From Myxococcota bacterium (GTDB taxonomy: Bacteria; Myxococcota_A; UBA9160; UBA6930), in assembly GCA_965223705.1 (NCBI GenBank), contig OZ245015.1:992001-1056000 (forward strand): 64,000 nucleotides of DNA, written 5' to 3'. A program made the translations under genes and the position numbers. Of the stretch, positions 1 through 9,971 are shown one piece after another. How positions within the stretch are numbered: position 1 is the first letter of the stretch; each line of letters starts with the position of its first letter. A model generated the notes under the pieces. The model was not told the DNA's origin, did no database searches, and was given only the letters and a program-made list of their open reading frames with translations.

Positions 1-1224
1 GATCGCGTCCCGCCGGTGCGCCGCACGCTGTTCGAGCGAGCGCGTGTCGCTCAGATGAACGGTCGCGCGGCTGGTGATCTGCAGGGCCGTGTACGGGTTG
101 TTGAGTTCGAGGGCCATCGCGCTGTTGCCGAAGACGTCCTCATACTCGGTGCCAAACACCGCCGGGGAGATGGCGATCTGGAAGTCGCGGAGCTCCTGAT
201 ATCGATCCTCGACCGGGTGCAGGAGAATGCGGTGTGTGCTGCGGTCCACTGGCTGGTCATAGGTATACGCGGTTTCGTGGGTGACCTGCAGTGTCCGCGG
301 TAGCACGTTGCCGCTCGGTTGCGCGCTCGTCGAAGAGGGCAGGGGGTGAGCCGCGGCCGCCTGCTGACCGGTCTCGATCTGACCCACGCCGACGGGCGGC
401 AGCGTCGACGTCAATTCAGCACCGACGAGGTGACCGTCGGGCTCACTGCTCCACAAGATCGACCCGCGTCGCGCGAGCAGCAGCTCGCCGGGGGTGGCTG
501 CCTTCCAAGGCGTTGCGTCGATGGGAACACTCGAGAAAACGAGCGCGGTCCGGTTCGAATCCTCCGGGGTGTCGAACGAGATCTGGACGGCCGGGGACCA
601 GAGCTCGGTGGAGACGTGGGGCGGGATGCGTCGCGTCCAGTGGAGCGAGCCCTGGCCCCGGGCGTCGCGGTAGACCGCGATCTGTTCACCGTCGCAGAGG
701 ATCGCGTTGAGCTGACCGTCCGCGTTGAGCTCGAGCATCCACTCCCGCAGCTCCTCGGGACGGACGTCGGCGAGCGACCGGATGCGGGCCGCATGCAAGC
801 GCGAAAGCAGGAGGCAGAAAGCGTGCTCGCTATCGGTATGGCCGAGCGGATCGAAAGCCGGATCGTCGGGAAGCGGAAAGCGCTCGGCCCAGTTGGTCGC
901 GAGGTCGCCGTCATGGGCGAAGATCCACTGGTGTCCGCCGTAGCTGCGCACAAAGGGCTGCGCGTCTTCCTGATTGCGGGCTCGCTCGTGTCCGCGCAGG
1001 TGACAAACGAAAAGGGTGGACCGGAACCGGTTCCACTCACGCAGCGCATCGTTGACACCGGGTTCCCCCCACGAGGTGGGGTCCTTGATGACCGATGCGC
1101 CGCGCTCGCTCGAGGGGTACCAGCCGACCCCCCAGCCGTAGAGGTTCGGATCCGCCGCCGGCCGCGCGAAGCGGATGGACGGCGATGTGTTCGCGTCGAC
1201 GCACAGGGCAACTAGCTCACTCAC
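1..1224 (-). CDS. Class II glutamine amidotransferase-like (Ntn, YafJ/EgtC-like) domain fused to a bacterial transglutaminase N-terminal domain; runs off the left edge and is absent from the ORF track
   Basis: Manual translation from GTG at 1224 (GTGA overlap with the upstream stop): [19 protein letters not shown]...YGWGVGWYP...STLFVCHLRGH...QPFVRSYGGHQWIFAHDGDL...GHTDSEHAFCLLL...NAILCDGE, then a linker, then LQVTHETAYTYDQPVDRSAHRILLHP...EYEDVFGNSA. The frame is open to base 1. Confidence 0.85.
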   Translation of the reverse strand, partial: MSELVALCVDANTSPSIRFARPAADPNLYGWGVGWYPSSERGASVIKDPTSWGEPGVNDALREWNRFRSTLFVCHLRGHERARNQEDAQPFVRSYGGHQWIFAHDGDLATNWAERFPLPDDPAFDPLGHTDSEHAFCLLLSRLHAARIRSLADVRPEELREWMLELNADGQLNAILCDGEQIAVYRDARGQGSLHWTRRIPPHVSTELWSPAVQISFDTPEDSNRTALVFSSVPIDATPWKAATPGELLLARRGSILWSSEPDGHLVGAELTSTLPPVGVGQIETGQQAAAAHPLPSSTSAQPSGNVLPRTLQVTHETAYTYDQPVDRSTHRILLHPVEDRYQELRDFQIAISPAVFGTEYEDVFGNSAMALELNNPYTALQITSRATVHLSDTRSLEQRAAHRRDAI

Positions 1225-4200
1225 GTTGGGTACTTTCGCAGATCGAGCGTCATCGGAAAATCGCGATCCGGTTCGGACGGCACAAGAGGCGTCGAACCCG
1301 GCGAGTGGCCGTAGGCGAAGAAGCGCGCCAGGCGCCGGCCCTCCGCCTCGTACGCATTGACGGGAAAGGTCTCGAAGTTGCGGCCGCCGGGGTGTGCCAC
1401 GTGATAGCGGCAGCCTGCGACGGCGCGGCCGGACCAGGTGTCGACCAGGTCGACGGTGAGCGGGGCGTGGGGCGGGATCGTCGGATGGAGGGCGCGGGCC
1501 GGTTGCCAAGCGCGATACCTGATGCCCGCAACGGCTTCCCCCTGCGTTTCGGTGCGGTGGAGCGGAAGGTGCACACCGTTGCACGCGAGCTCGTAGCGTC
1601 GCTCGGTGAGCCCCGTCGCGCGCACCTCGAGTCGTTCGAGCGAAGAATCCACGTAGCGGGCCGTTCCGCCGACCGCGCCTTCTTCGCCGAGAACGTGCCA
1701 GGGCTCGAGCGCCTGGCGGAGCGAAACCTCCACATCACCCGACCGGAAGCTGCCGTAGCGCGGAAACCGGAACTCGTGATGCGCGCGGAACCACTCTGGG
1801 TCGAAGGAGAACCCCGCATCGTCGAGCTCCGCGAGGACTTCGCGGAAGTCACCCCACACGAAGTGCGGAAGCATGAACCGGTCGTGGAGCGCCGTCCCCC
1901 AACGCGCGAGCGGCGCGCGGTAGGGATCGTTCCAGAAGCGCGCGATCAGCGCGCGGAGCAGCAGCTGCTGCACGAGGCTCATCCGAGCATGGGGCGGCAT
2001 TTCGAACGCGCGAAATTCGACGAGGCCGAGCCGGCCGGTCGCGGAATCCGGAGAGTAGAGCTTGTCGATGCAGATCTCGGCGCGGTGGGTGTTGCCCGTC
2101 ACGTCCACCAGCAGGTGCCGGAAGATGCGATCGACGAGCCAGGGAGGGCACGGCTCCCCGTCCTCTGGGATCTGTTCAAACGCGATCTCCAGTTCGTAGA
2201 GCGCGTCGTGGCGGGCCTCGTCGACGCGAGGCGCCTGGCTCGTGGGGCCGATGAAAAGACCGGAGAAGAGATACGAGAGAGACGGGTGGTTCAACCAGTA
2301 GGCCACCAGGCTTCGGAGGAGGTGGGGGCGTCGCAGGAAGGGGCTGTCGGAAGGTGTCGGTCCCCCCACGACGATGTGGTTGCCGCCGCCGGTTCCCGTG
2401 TGACGACCGTCGAGTAGGAACTTCTCGGTCCCGAGGCGCGAGAGTCGCGCTTGTTCGTAGAGCGTGGTCGTGTTCTCGACGAGCGCTGTCCAACTGCGGG
2501 CGGGTTGGATATTGACCTCGATCACGCCGGGGTCCGGGGTCACGCGAAAGACGTCGAGCCGCGCGTCTGGCGGGGGCGGGTAGCCCTCGATCCGAACCGG
2601 GGTCTCACCGGCCGCGGCGGTGTCCTCGATCGCGGCCACGAGATCGACGAAATCGTCGGCCGTCTCGACCGGCGGGAGGAACACGCAGAGCTGTCCGTTT
2701 CGCGGTTCGACGACCAGGGCCGTGCGAACGGGGTGGCCGCCGGTCGGCGCGGTCGACGACTCCGGCGCGTCCTCGGCCGCACCGGAAACCGTGCCGGACG
2801 CGTGACGGAAGGGCTGGCGCCGCGGGTCCGGGGCGGCGAAGGGAGGCCGCTCGAGGGTCGGGTCGGCCGCGATCACGTGGGGATACTCGAGGGGCGGAAG
2901 TCCGGGCAGCGAGCCCAGGGGCAGCCGATATCCCGCGGGCGAGTCACCCGCTGCGAGCAGGAGCTTCCCGCCGCGGAAGCTCCACTTCTCGGTTCTCCAG
3001 CGCCGCCGTCCGTCTCGCGCGTTCCAAACCTGGACCGGTAGAACGAAGGCGGCGGGCTGCGAAGTATCTCGGAACGAGGGGCCGTCGGCCGAGCTCGGGG
3101 CGTGCGGATCCTCGTACGCCGCAATCCGCACGTCCGGGTCGATCCCGAGGCGCTCCGCGACGCCGCGCATGAACTGCTCGGCCTTCCCGACGTCCGCTCC
3201 GCCCGGTTCCTCGTCCCGAGCCACCAGGTCGACATCGTTCCAGAGGGGCTCCCCGTCGACCCGCCAATAAACGGAAAGCGCCCACCGCGGAAGCGGCTCG
3301 CCCGGGTACCACTTGCCCTGACCGAAGTGGAGGAGGCCACCCGGGGCAAAGCGCTCGTGCAGTCGTTTCGTCAGGTCCGCGGCGAGCGCCCACTTGGTCG
3401 GCCCGACCGCTTCGGTGTTCCACTCGTCCGCTTCCATGTCGTCGATCGACACGAAGGTCGGCTCTCCCCCCATGGTGAGACGGACGTCATCCGCCTCGAG
3501 TCTCCGGTCGACTTCTCGCCCCAACGCGTCGACGCGGTTCCAGGCCTCGTCGGAATATGGCTTGGTGACGCGGGGCGACTCGGCGACGCGCTCGACGCGC
3601 ATTTCGTGCTCGAACGCGACCTCGCAGGGCTCGAGTTCGCCGGTGACAGGCGCGGCGCTCTGCGGCTTGGGGCTGCAGGCCAGCGGAATGTGACCCTCGC
3701 CGGCGAGCAGGCCCGACGTGGGATCGAGACCGATCCAACCCGCGCCCGGGACAAAGGCCTCGGCCCAGGCGTGAAGGTCGGTGAAGTCTTCCGTCGCGCC
3801 GGACGGCCCGTCGAGGGACGGGACATCGGGAACGAGCTGGATGAGGTAACCCGACGCAAAACGCGCCGCGATCCCGAGGTTGCGCAGGATGTGGACCAGC
3901 AGCCAAGCACTGTCCCGGCAGGAGCCGCGCCCCGACCCGAGCGTTTCTTCCGGCGTCTGGACGCCGGGCTCGAGACGGATCACGTACTCGATGTCGCGTT
4001 CGAGCCGCTGGTTCAGCGCCACGAGAAAGTCGATGGTCGCGGTGGCATCTCGCGGCACCGATGCAAGCCAGGCAGCGAGCCCCGGGCCCGGCCGCTCGAC
4101 CTCGAGGAACGGCTCGAGTTCCTCCGCGAGCCAGGGCTCGTATTCGAACGGCCAGCGCTCTGCACTCTCTTCGAGGAAGAAATCGAAGGGGTTGATCACC

Positions 4201-4457
4201 ACCATCTCGGCGACCAGATCCACCGTCACGCGCAGCTCGCGCGCGGGCTCGGGCACGACCACGCGGGCGAGAAAATTCCCCTGAGGATCCTGCTGCCAGT
4301 TCAGGAAATGTTCTTCGGGTTCGATGCGGAGCGAGTAGCTGGCTACGGGCGTCCGACAATGGGGGGCCGGTCGCAGCCGGATGGTCTGCGGCCCCAACCG
4401 CACGGCTCGGTCGTAGCGGTAGCGGGTCTCGTGATGAAGGGCGACGCGTAGGGTCAT
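1221..4457 (-). CDS. Transglutaminase-like protein fused to a DUF2126 putative amidoligase (COOH-NH2 ligase) domain, 1078 aa
   Basis: N-terminal [25 protein letters not shown]; triad motifs [16 protein letters not shown] and WIGLDPT; DUF2126 motifs [50 protein letters not shown] and [13 protein letters not shown]. Confidence 0.92.
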   Translation of the reverse strand: MTLRVALHHETRYRYDRAVRLGPQTIRLRPAPHCRTPVASYSLRIEPEEHFLNWQQDPQGNFLARVVVPEPARELRVTVDLVAEMVVINPFDFFLEESAERWPFEYEPWLAEELEPFLEVERPGPGLAAWLASVPRDATATIDFLVALNQRLERDIEYVIRLEPGVQTPEETLGSGRGSCRDSAWLLVHILRNLGIAARFASGYLIQLVPDVPSLDGPSGATEDFTDLHAWAEAFVPGAGWIGLDPTSGLLAGEGHIPLACSPKPQSAAPVTGELEPCEVAFEHEMRVERVAESPRVTKPYSDEAWNRVDALGREVDRRLEADDVRLTMGGEPTFVSIDDMEADEWNTEAVGPTKWALAADLTKRLHERFAPGGLLHFGQGKWYPGEPLPRWALSVYWRVDGEPLWNDVDLVARDEEPGGADVGKAEQFMRGVAERLGIDPDVRIAAYEDPHAPSSADGPSFRDTSQPAAFVLPVQVWNARDGRRRWRTEKWSFRGGKLLLAAGDSPAGYRLPLGSLPGLPPLEYPHVIAADPTLERPPFAAPDPRRQPFRHASGTVSGAAEDAPESSTAPTGGHPVRTALVVEPRNGQLCVFLPPVETADDFVDLVAAIEDTAAAGETPVRIEGYPPPPDARLDVFRVTPDPGVIEVNIQPARSWTALVENTTTLYEQARLSRLGTEKFLLDGRHTGTGGGNHIVVGGPTPSDSPFLRRPHLLRSLVAYWLNHPSLSYLFSGLFIGPTSQAPRVDEARHDALYELEIAFEQIPEDGEPCPPWLVDRIFRHLLVDVTGNTHRAEICIDKLYSPDSATGRLGLVEFRAFEMPPHARMSLVQQLLLRALIARFWNDPYRAPLARWGTALHDRFMLPHFVWGDFREVLAELDDAGFSFDPEWFRAHHEFRFPRYGSFRSGDVEVSLRQALEPWHVLGEEGAVGGTARYVDSSLERLEVRATGLTERRYELACNGVHLPLHRTETQGEAVAGIRYRAWQPARALHPTIPPHAPLTVDLVDTWSGRAVAGCRYHVAHPGGRNFETFPVNAYEAEGRRLARFFAYGHSPGSTPLVPSEPDRDFPMTLDLRKYPT

Positions 4458-4617
4458 GTCGGTGTCGTACTCGCTTGCAGAGGACTTAGCACGCCGGCGG
4501 GAAAGAGCATGCTTCGCGGAAGATTGCCACGGTGACGAGTCCTTGGGTCACGGCGATATACTTGGGAACCACAGGGGGAGGTGAGCTTTACAGACGCGCG
4601 GGCGTCTGGAGGTCTCG

Positions 4618-5199
4618 GTGGTGGCAGATCCGAAAGATGTGATGAGTCGAACGCGATTGTTCCTGATCGACGCCGCGCTGGTCGTGGGGGGCGTGGTTCT
4701 CCTCGCCTGTGGGCTCATGAAGATCGGCGAGTGGTCGTTGGGTCACCCCGCTTCGTCATGGGGGATCCCCGTCCAAGATTGGGCGCTCGCCGCACTTTGC
4801 CTCCTCGTTTTCGCCGGAGTCCTCTGCGTGCGGGCACTCGTCGCGCGGGGAGCTGACGAGAGCGTCGGAGACGAGATCCCGGTTGAGCCGCCGGCCGCGC
4901 GTCCCAGCCCCGTTCCGATCCCGCCTCAGGCCCCCGAACCTCCGGCTCGCGTTGCCGAGGTTGTGACGGGTCCGCGGCCTCCGGTTCGCCGAGGGAACGC
5001 GCTCGAACGGGCAGCAGCGGCGGAAGAACGGCGTCAGGCCCGCTTGCGGGCGGAGCGCGAGCGCCAGTCCACGCCGGACGAGCCGGTTCGCTACGTGGAC
5101 GACGTCGCCATCGCACCGGACGAGCCTGCCCAGGCAGAAGCGAGCAGGCCGAAGCCGCCGCGCTTGCGCGCTGTCGATCCGGGTGGGAACTTCCTCTAG
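4618..5199 (+). CDS. Hypothetical membrane protein with two TM helices and a Pro/charged low-complexity tail (start may be ATG 4642)
   Basis: Hydrophobic segments LFLIDAALVVGGVVLLACGLM and WALAALCLLVFAGVLCV; fills the gap between neighbouring genes; host-like codon usage. Confidence 0.65.
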   Translation: MVADPKDVMSRTRLFLIDAALVVGGVVLLACGLMKIGEWSLGHPASSWGIPVQDWALAALCLLVFAGVLCVRALVARGADESVGDEIPVEPPAARPSPVPIPPQAPEPPARVAEVVTGPRPPVRRGNALERAAAAEERRQARLRAERERQSTPDEPVRYVDDVAIAPDEPAQAEASRPKPPRLRAVDPGGNFL

Positions 5200-5248
5200 T
5201 CGATGAGCAACCACCGGGTGGGAACTTCCTCTAACTGATGAGCAACCC
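5179..5248 (+). repeat. 35-bp tandem duplication (2 copies) spanning a stop/start junction
   Basis: ccgggtgggaacttcctctagtcgatgagcaacca (5179-5213) and ccgggtgggaacttcctctaactgatgagcaaccc (5214-5248). Confidence 0.9.
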
Positions 5249-6206
5249 GTCGCCGACCGAACGCACCATCTGGATCGATGGAGAGTTCGTGCCGTGGAGC
5301 CAAGCGACGGTTCACGTGCTTTCGCACAGCCACCAGCGCGGCTCTCTCGTCTTCGACTACATGAGTGTGTACGAGACGCCAGAGGGACCGGCGGTCTTCC
5401 GCTTGAACGACCACGTCGAGCGCTTCTACGCGTCTATCGCGTTGGTCCGCTTGCCGTTCACGTGGGAGCGCCACGAAGTGCGCGCCGCGATTCGGGATGC
5501 CGTGCGCGCGAATCCAGGTGCGAAGGCGGTGAAGGTCTCGGCCTACCTCGCGTCGGTGGAAGTCGATGTGGTGCCGATCGACACGCACGTCACGCTGGCC
5601 GTCGCGGCCTACGACCCGCTCGAAGACGTGATACGACCGGCGGGCGGCGATCGACCCGCTGTGCGCAAGCCCCTCAAGATCTGGCTCGAGAAGGAGCTTC
5701 GCAATCGCCGCAAGGACATCCTGTCTCCCCAGGCGAAGGTCGCGGCGAACTACGCGTCGCCGATGGCGGCGAAGTGGGCGGCGCGGGAGCTCGGGTTCGA
5801 CGAAATCCTGCTCATCGACAGCGACGGCTATCTGGCCGAAGGGCCCACGACGAACGTCTTCCTCGTGGATCCCGAGGGCGTCGTCTGCACCCCGCCCGAG
5901 GAAGGCGTGCTCCTCGGGGTGACCCGGAAAGCGATCATCGAGCTCGCCCGGGCCGAGGGCTTCACCGTAGTCGAGCGCGCGCTTCAACCCGATGAGCTCT
6001 TCGACGCCGCCGAGGCGTTTCTCACCGGGACGAGTGCTGGCGTCTGGCCCATCGGGTCGGTTGACGAACGGGCGATTGGCACCGAGGTTCCCGGGCCGGT
6101 GTCGCGCGCGCTGGCGGAGCGGTTTGCAAAGATCTCCGCCGGTGCCGATCTCGAGTTTCAGCACTGGCTTACGCCGGTCTCGCCCGCTGGCGCCCGCGAC
6201 TTCTGA
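5238..6206 (+). CDS. PLP-dependent fold-type IV aminotransferase (branched-chain aminotransferase IlvE-like, divergent)
   Basis: IWIDGEFVPWSQATVHVLSH, FRLNDHVERF, catalytic Lys in AKVAANY, EGPTTNVF, LLGVTR and EAFLTGT. Confidence 0.88.
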   Translation: MSNPSPTERTIWIDGEFVPWSQATVHVLSHSHQRGSLVFDYMSVYETPEGPAVFRLNDHVERFYASIALVRLPFTWERHEVRAAIRDAVRANPGAKAVKVSAYLASVEVDVVPIDTHVTLAVAAYDPLEDVIRPAGGDRPAVRKPLKIWLEKELRNRRKDILSPQAKVAANYASPMAAKWAARELGFDEILLIDSDGYLAEGPTTNVFLVDPEGVVCTPPEEGVLLGVTRKAIIELARAEGFTVVERALQPDELFDAAEAFLTGTSAGVWPIGSVDERAIGTEVPGPVSRALAERFAKISAGADLEFQHWLTPVSPAGARDF

Positions 6207-6215
6207 GGAGCCTCC

Positions 6216-7187
6216 ATGCGCATTCTCTCTGGGATCACCCCTTCGGGCGAACCCCACATCGGCAACTACTTCGGCGCGATCCGCCAATACGTTGAGCTGC
6301 AGGCGAAGGGTCAGGCGATCTACTTCATCGCCGACTACCACTCGATGAACAGCGTGCGCGACGCGAAGGAACGCCGGCGCCTGGTGCACGAGGTCGCGCT
6401 CGATTTTCTGGCGTGTGGCCTCGATCCCGAGAACGCCATTCTCTACCGGCAATCCGATCTTCCGGAGCTCTGCGAGCTGTGCTGGCTGCTCACGACGATC
6501 ACGCCGATGGGGCTTCTCGAACGCGGCCACGCTTACAAAGACAAAGTGGCACAGGGCCAGTCCGCGGATCACGGCCTGTTTGCGTACCCCGTACTGATGG
6601 CGGCGGATATTCTCATCTACCGCTCCGATCTCGTCCCGGTCGGGCAAGACCAGAAGCAGCACATCGAAATGACGCGCGATCTCGCGCAGCGCTTCAACAA
6701 CACGTACGGGGAAGAAGTGTTCGCGCTTCCCGAGCCCTATATCCTCGACGACGTCGCCGTCGTACCCGGGACCGACGGGCGCAAGATGAGCAAGAGCTAC
6801 GACAACACCCTGCGCCCATTTTGGTCGAAGGGGAAGCTCAAGAAAGCGGTGATGGGGATCGTCACGGATTCGACCCCGGTCGAAGAGCCGAAAGACACGT
6901 CATCCGCCGTGTTCCAGTTGTGGTCGTTGTTCGCCACCGAGGACGAGCGCGAATCGATGTTCGCCCGCGCGAAGGCTGGCGGCTTGGGCTACGGCGACGT
7001 CAAGAAGGACCTTCTCGCGCGCATTCTCGAGACGTTCGGGCCCATGCGCGAGCGGCGTGAAGAGCTCGCGAAAGACACCGATCTTGTCGAGGGCGTGCTG
7101 GCGGACGGTGCCGCGCGGGCGCGCGCGTTGGCCGCTCCGGTGATCGCTGCCGCGCGGGCGGCCGCCGGGGTCGGGTCGGCCGCTTAA
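6216..7187 (+). CDS. trpS: Tryptophan--tRNA ligase
   Basis: SGITPSGEPHIGNY (HIGH motif), YPVLMAADIL, VPVGQDQKQHIE and KMSKS. Confidence 0.97.
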   Translation: MRILSGITPSGEPHIGNYFGAIRQYVELQAKGQAIYFIADYHSMNSVRDAKERRRLVHEVALDFLACGLDPENAILYRQSDLPELCELCWLLTTITPMGLLERGHAYKDKVAQGQSADHGLFAYPVLMAADILIYRSDLVPVGQDQKQHIEMTRDLAQRFNNTYGEEVFALPEPYILDDVAVVPGTDGRKMSKSYDNTLRPFWSKGKLKKAVMGIVTDSTPVEEPKDTSSAVFQLWSLFATEDERESMFARAKAGGLGYGDVKKDLLARILETFGPMRERREELAKDTDLVEGVLADGAARARALAAPVIAAARAAAGVGSAA

Positions 7188-7369
7188 GCGGCTTGCGACC
7201 GCGCCTCGTTCCCGGGAATCGGAAGCGTCGTGAGCTTCGCCGGTCCGTCGGAAGCGGGGTCGAATCGCGCGCACGGCTGGGCCGCCGCGCGGAGCAGGCC
7301 GGCCACGGCGACGACGGTTAGGGCAACGAAAACGGTCGAAAGAGGGGTCAAAGCCAGAGCCTCATCCAT
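7184..7369 (-). CDS. Small single-TM hypothetical protein (61 aa)
   Basis: MDEALALTPLSTVFVALTVVAVAGLLRAAAQ...; its stop overlaps the trpS stop in TTAA. Confidence 0.4.
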   Translation of the reverse strand: MDEALALTPLSTVFVALTVVAVAGLLRAAAQPCARFDPASDGPAKLTTLPIPGNEARSQAA

Positions 7370-7508
7370 CTGCGTGGGGCGTTGCGGGTAGCGAGTGCGT
7401 CTCGTCCGCGCGGGGGCCCCAGTGGGTCGTGCAAGGTTCCTTCGGCAGACGCGACCGCGAGCGATAGCGACAAACTCCCGACATCCGGAAATTTCTGCGG
7501 AAGCGGCT

Positions 7509-9971
7509 CTAGTCGACGATTGCCAAGAGTTCCTGCGCAATTTCCGTCGCACTTTGCGGGCGTCTTGCCGGATCTTTTTCGAGCGTGCGCAGCAACAACG
7601 CAGCCAGCCGCGGATCGAAGTCTGCCGCGATCGACCGCGGATCCGGGGCCTGCGTGTTTCGGTGGTGCCACATGATGTCGCCTTCTTTGAAGGGGACGAT
7701 CCCGGTGCCGAGTTCAAACAACGTGACGCCTAGGGAATACAAGTCCGCGCGGTGGTCGACGCCTTTGCCGGTGACCTGCTCGGGGGACATGTAGTAGGGC
7801 GTCCCGCCGACCAAGGTCTTCGCGCGGCGCACTTCTTCGAGCATCTTGGCGAGACCGAAGTCCATGATCTTGAGGACTTTGTCGCGCGTGAAGAGCAGGT
7901 TCGCCGTCTTGACATCGCGGTGAATGATGCGCCGATCGTGCGCGTATTGCAGGCCGGCCGCCGCTTGAACGCCGAGACGCGCTACATCCGCTGTCGACAA
8001 GCGTCCTCGCTTACGGAGGATCTGACTCAGCGTGAGCCCTTCGAGAAACTCCATCGTGAGAAAGAACACACCGTTCTCTTCGTCGACGTCGTGGAGCGTA
8101 ACGATGTTCGGGTGGTTCAGCGCCGCTGCGCTCCGCGCCTCGCGCAAGAAGAGTTGTACGGCCTTGGGGTTCTCTTTCAGGTTGTCCGGGAGCTGCTTGA
8201 GCGCCACCACCCGACCGAGGCGGGTATCCAAGGCGCGGTACACGACGCCCATACCGCCGCGCCCGATTTCGGCCTGGAGCTCGTAGCGATGCCCCTGACC
8301 GACGCCTTGACCTTTCGAGAACGAACCGCCCAGGGCGCGCGTAATCGATTGCCGTTTGCGCAGCGCGTCGATGCGTTCCGTGAGGCCTTCGCGCTCGGGA
8401 TCGTCCGCGGCGACGCGCTCCCAAGCGAGGAGGGCGCGATCGGTCTGGCCGGAGCGCTCCAAGATCTCTCCGAACCACGCGAAGGTGTCGGCGGACGCCT
8501 TTGCGTTCGGTTCGAGCGACACGATTTCCTCCGCGCGCTGGAGGCCCAGCTCGATCTTGTCCTCTTCGATGTAGAGATCGGCCAGCATGCGGCACGCACG
8601 ATCGTACGAGGGGTGGCGCGCATTCACCTGCTGCAGATTGCGGATGGCGCGGCTCTTGTCGTTGCGGGTGATGCAAAGCTCTCCCGCTTCAAAACAGTCC
8701 CCGCGCTTCTCGAGCACGTCGATGAGCTTCGGAATGGCCTCGCAGTCGCGGTAGCAGATCTCGGCACTCTCGAGGTCGCCCGCTTCTTCATAGGCACGCC
8801 CGGCGCGCAGCAGGTCGCCGGCGGCGTTGTAGAGCTCGGCCGCCTGCGCGGAATCGCCGGCCTGCTCGTAGAGCGCCGCCGCGCGCTCGAAAGCGCCGAC
8901 ATCGGCGTAACACTGAGCCGCCTCGAAAAGCCTCCCGGCTGCGACAAACTGCGTCGCCGCGGTTTCGTGATCTCCCTTGGCGAGCAGACTTCGCGCGGAG
9001 AGAACGCGGCCTCGCTTGAGGTCGCCCGCGCGTTCGAGTGCCGTGCCCGCGGCTTCGAAATCGCCTTGCAGGTACGGCTCGACGGCTTCCGGACAGCCAT
9101 CGAACACCAGCTCGAGATCGTTTTCTACGTCGAGCGTGATTTGACGCGCCTCGAGGGATTCGATTTCGAGGGTGTGTTCGAGCACGACGCCATCACCACC
9201 GACGATCAACGTGTGCGCGCCTTTCTCGAGCTCCAAGCGGAAAACACCGGCACGCGCGTAGCGGAGCGCGTCGCTACTTCCAGTGACGGCGAGGCGCACG
9301 TCGGAGAGCGGAATAGCGCCGCGCATCACCCGCAACTCGATCATGCACTCCGTCGGCGCTAGATCGAACGCCAAGCGCGCGACGCGACCCCGTTCGACAC
9401 TCGCCTGCTGCTCGAGGGCAACGTGCCGGCACTCGCCCGTCCTCGTGTCTTCGAGCTGCCCCTCGACGAGCACGAAGTAGTGCCGCGAAGGAATGGCGTG
9501 AAACTGCGTTTCTCGCGACACACTGTTGTGTTCGAACCGACTCGACGCGCGGTCGATCGCCGCCGTTTCTTCCGCTGCCGTGCGGCGCGTCAGCCGCTGG
9601 CGCGAGACGCGGACGCTGAAGGTGCCGCGGAACTCGTTGGGGTATTCGAGCGAGATCGCGATGTCGCCTTTCGAGCGAAGCGATTTCGCGACGAGCGACA
9701 GGACGAGGGCCGCCGTCAGGACGAGGGCTGCGACCACCGCGCCGATCGAATCCGCGTTCGCGGAAGCGTCGGCGGTCGTCCGGGCGAGAGCGGGCGCCGC
9801 GGCTGCTCCACAGATCGCGGTCGAGAGCCCTAAGCCTTTGGGAACCCAGGGTCTTTCCCGGGAAAAGGACTCCCTCGTTATGTGTTTGGCGCGCAGCAAA
9901 CCGTCTTCTCGAATCGGCCGTTCGGAGCGCTCGATTGAGGGCGACCACGAGTCGCGGTGCTCTCGCACCAA
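7509..9971 (-). CDS. Membrane-anchored Hanks-type Ser/Thr protein kinase with TPR-like repeats (true start probably later, ~9850)
   Basis: C-terminal kinase motifs IGRGGMGVVY, VALK, HRDVKTAN, DFG, GTPYYMSPEQ and DLYSLG; central AAxxYExAGD repeats; N-terminal TM IGAVVAALVLTAALVLSLVA. Confidence 0.92.
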   Translation of the reverse strand: MVREHRDSWSPSIERSERPIREDGLLRAKHITRESFSRERPWVPKGLGLSTAICGAAAAPALARTTADASANADSIGAVVAALVLTAALVLSLVAKSLRSKGDIAISLEYPNEFRGTFSVRVSRQRLTRRTAAEETAAIDRASSRFEHNSVSRETQFHAIPSRHYFVLVEGQLEDTRTGECRHVALEQQASVERGRVARLAFDLAPTECMIELRVMRGAIPLSDVRLAVTGSSDALRYARAGVFRLELEKGAHTLIVGGDGVVLEHTLEIESLEARQITLDVENDLELVFDGCPEAVEPYLQGDFEAAGTALERAGDLKRGRVLSARSLLAKGDHETAATQFVAAGRLFEAAQCYADVGAFERAAALYEQAGDSAQAAELYNAAGDLLRAGRAYEEAGDLESAEICYRDCEAIPKLIDVLEKRGDCFEAGELCITRNDKSRAIRNLQQVNARHPSYDRACRMLADLYIEEDKIELGLQRAEEIVSLEPNAKASADTFAWFGEILERSGQTDRALLAWERVAADDPEREGLTERIDALRKRQSITRALGGSFSKGQGVGQGHRYELQAEIGRGGMGVVYRALDTRLGRVVALKQLPDNLKENPKAVQLFLREARSAAALNHPNIVTLHDVDEENGVFFLTMEFLEGLTLSQILRKRGRLSTADVARLGVQAAAGLQYAHDRRIIHRDVKTANLLFTRDKVLKIMDFGLAKMLEEVRRAKTLVGGTPYYMSPEQVTGKGVDHRADLYSLGVTLFELGTGIVPFKEGDIMWHHRNTQAPDPRSIAADFDPRLAALLLRTLEKDPARRPQSATEIAQELLAIVD

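Noticed and set aside
319..1215. Track ORFs 319..1215 (+) and 411..1211 (-)
   Set aside because: Shadow or off-frame readings of the real minus-strand GATase-transglutaminase gene (1..1224).
5179..5248. Possible CRISPR array from the 35-bp repeats
   Set aside because: Only two directly adjacent copies, with no spacer and no cas genes in the window.
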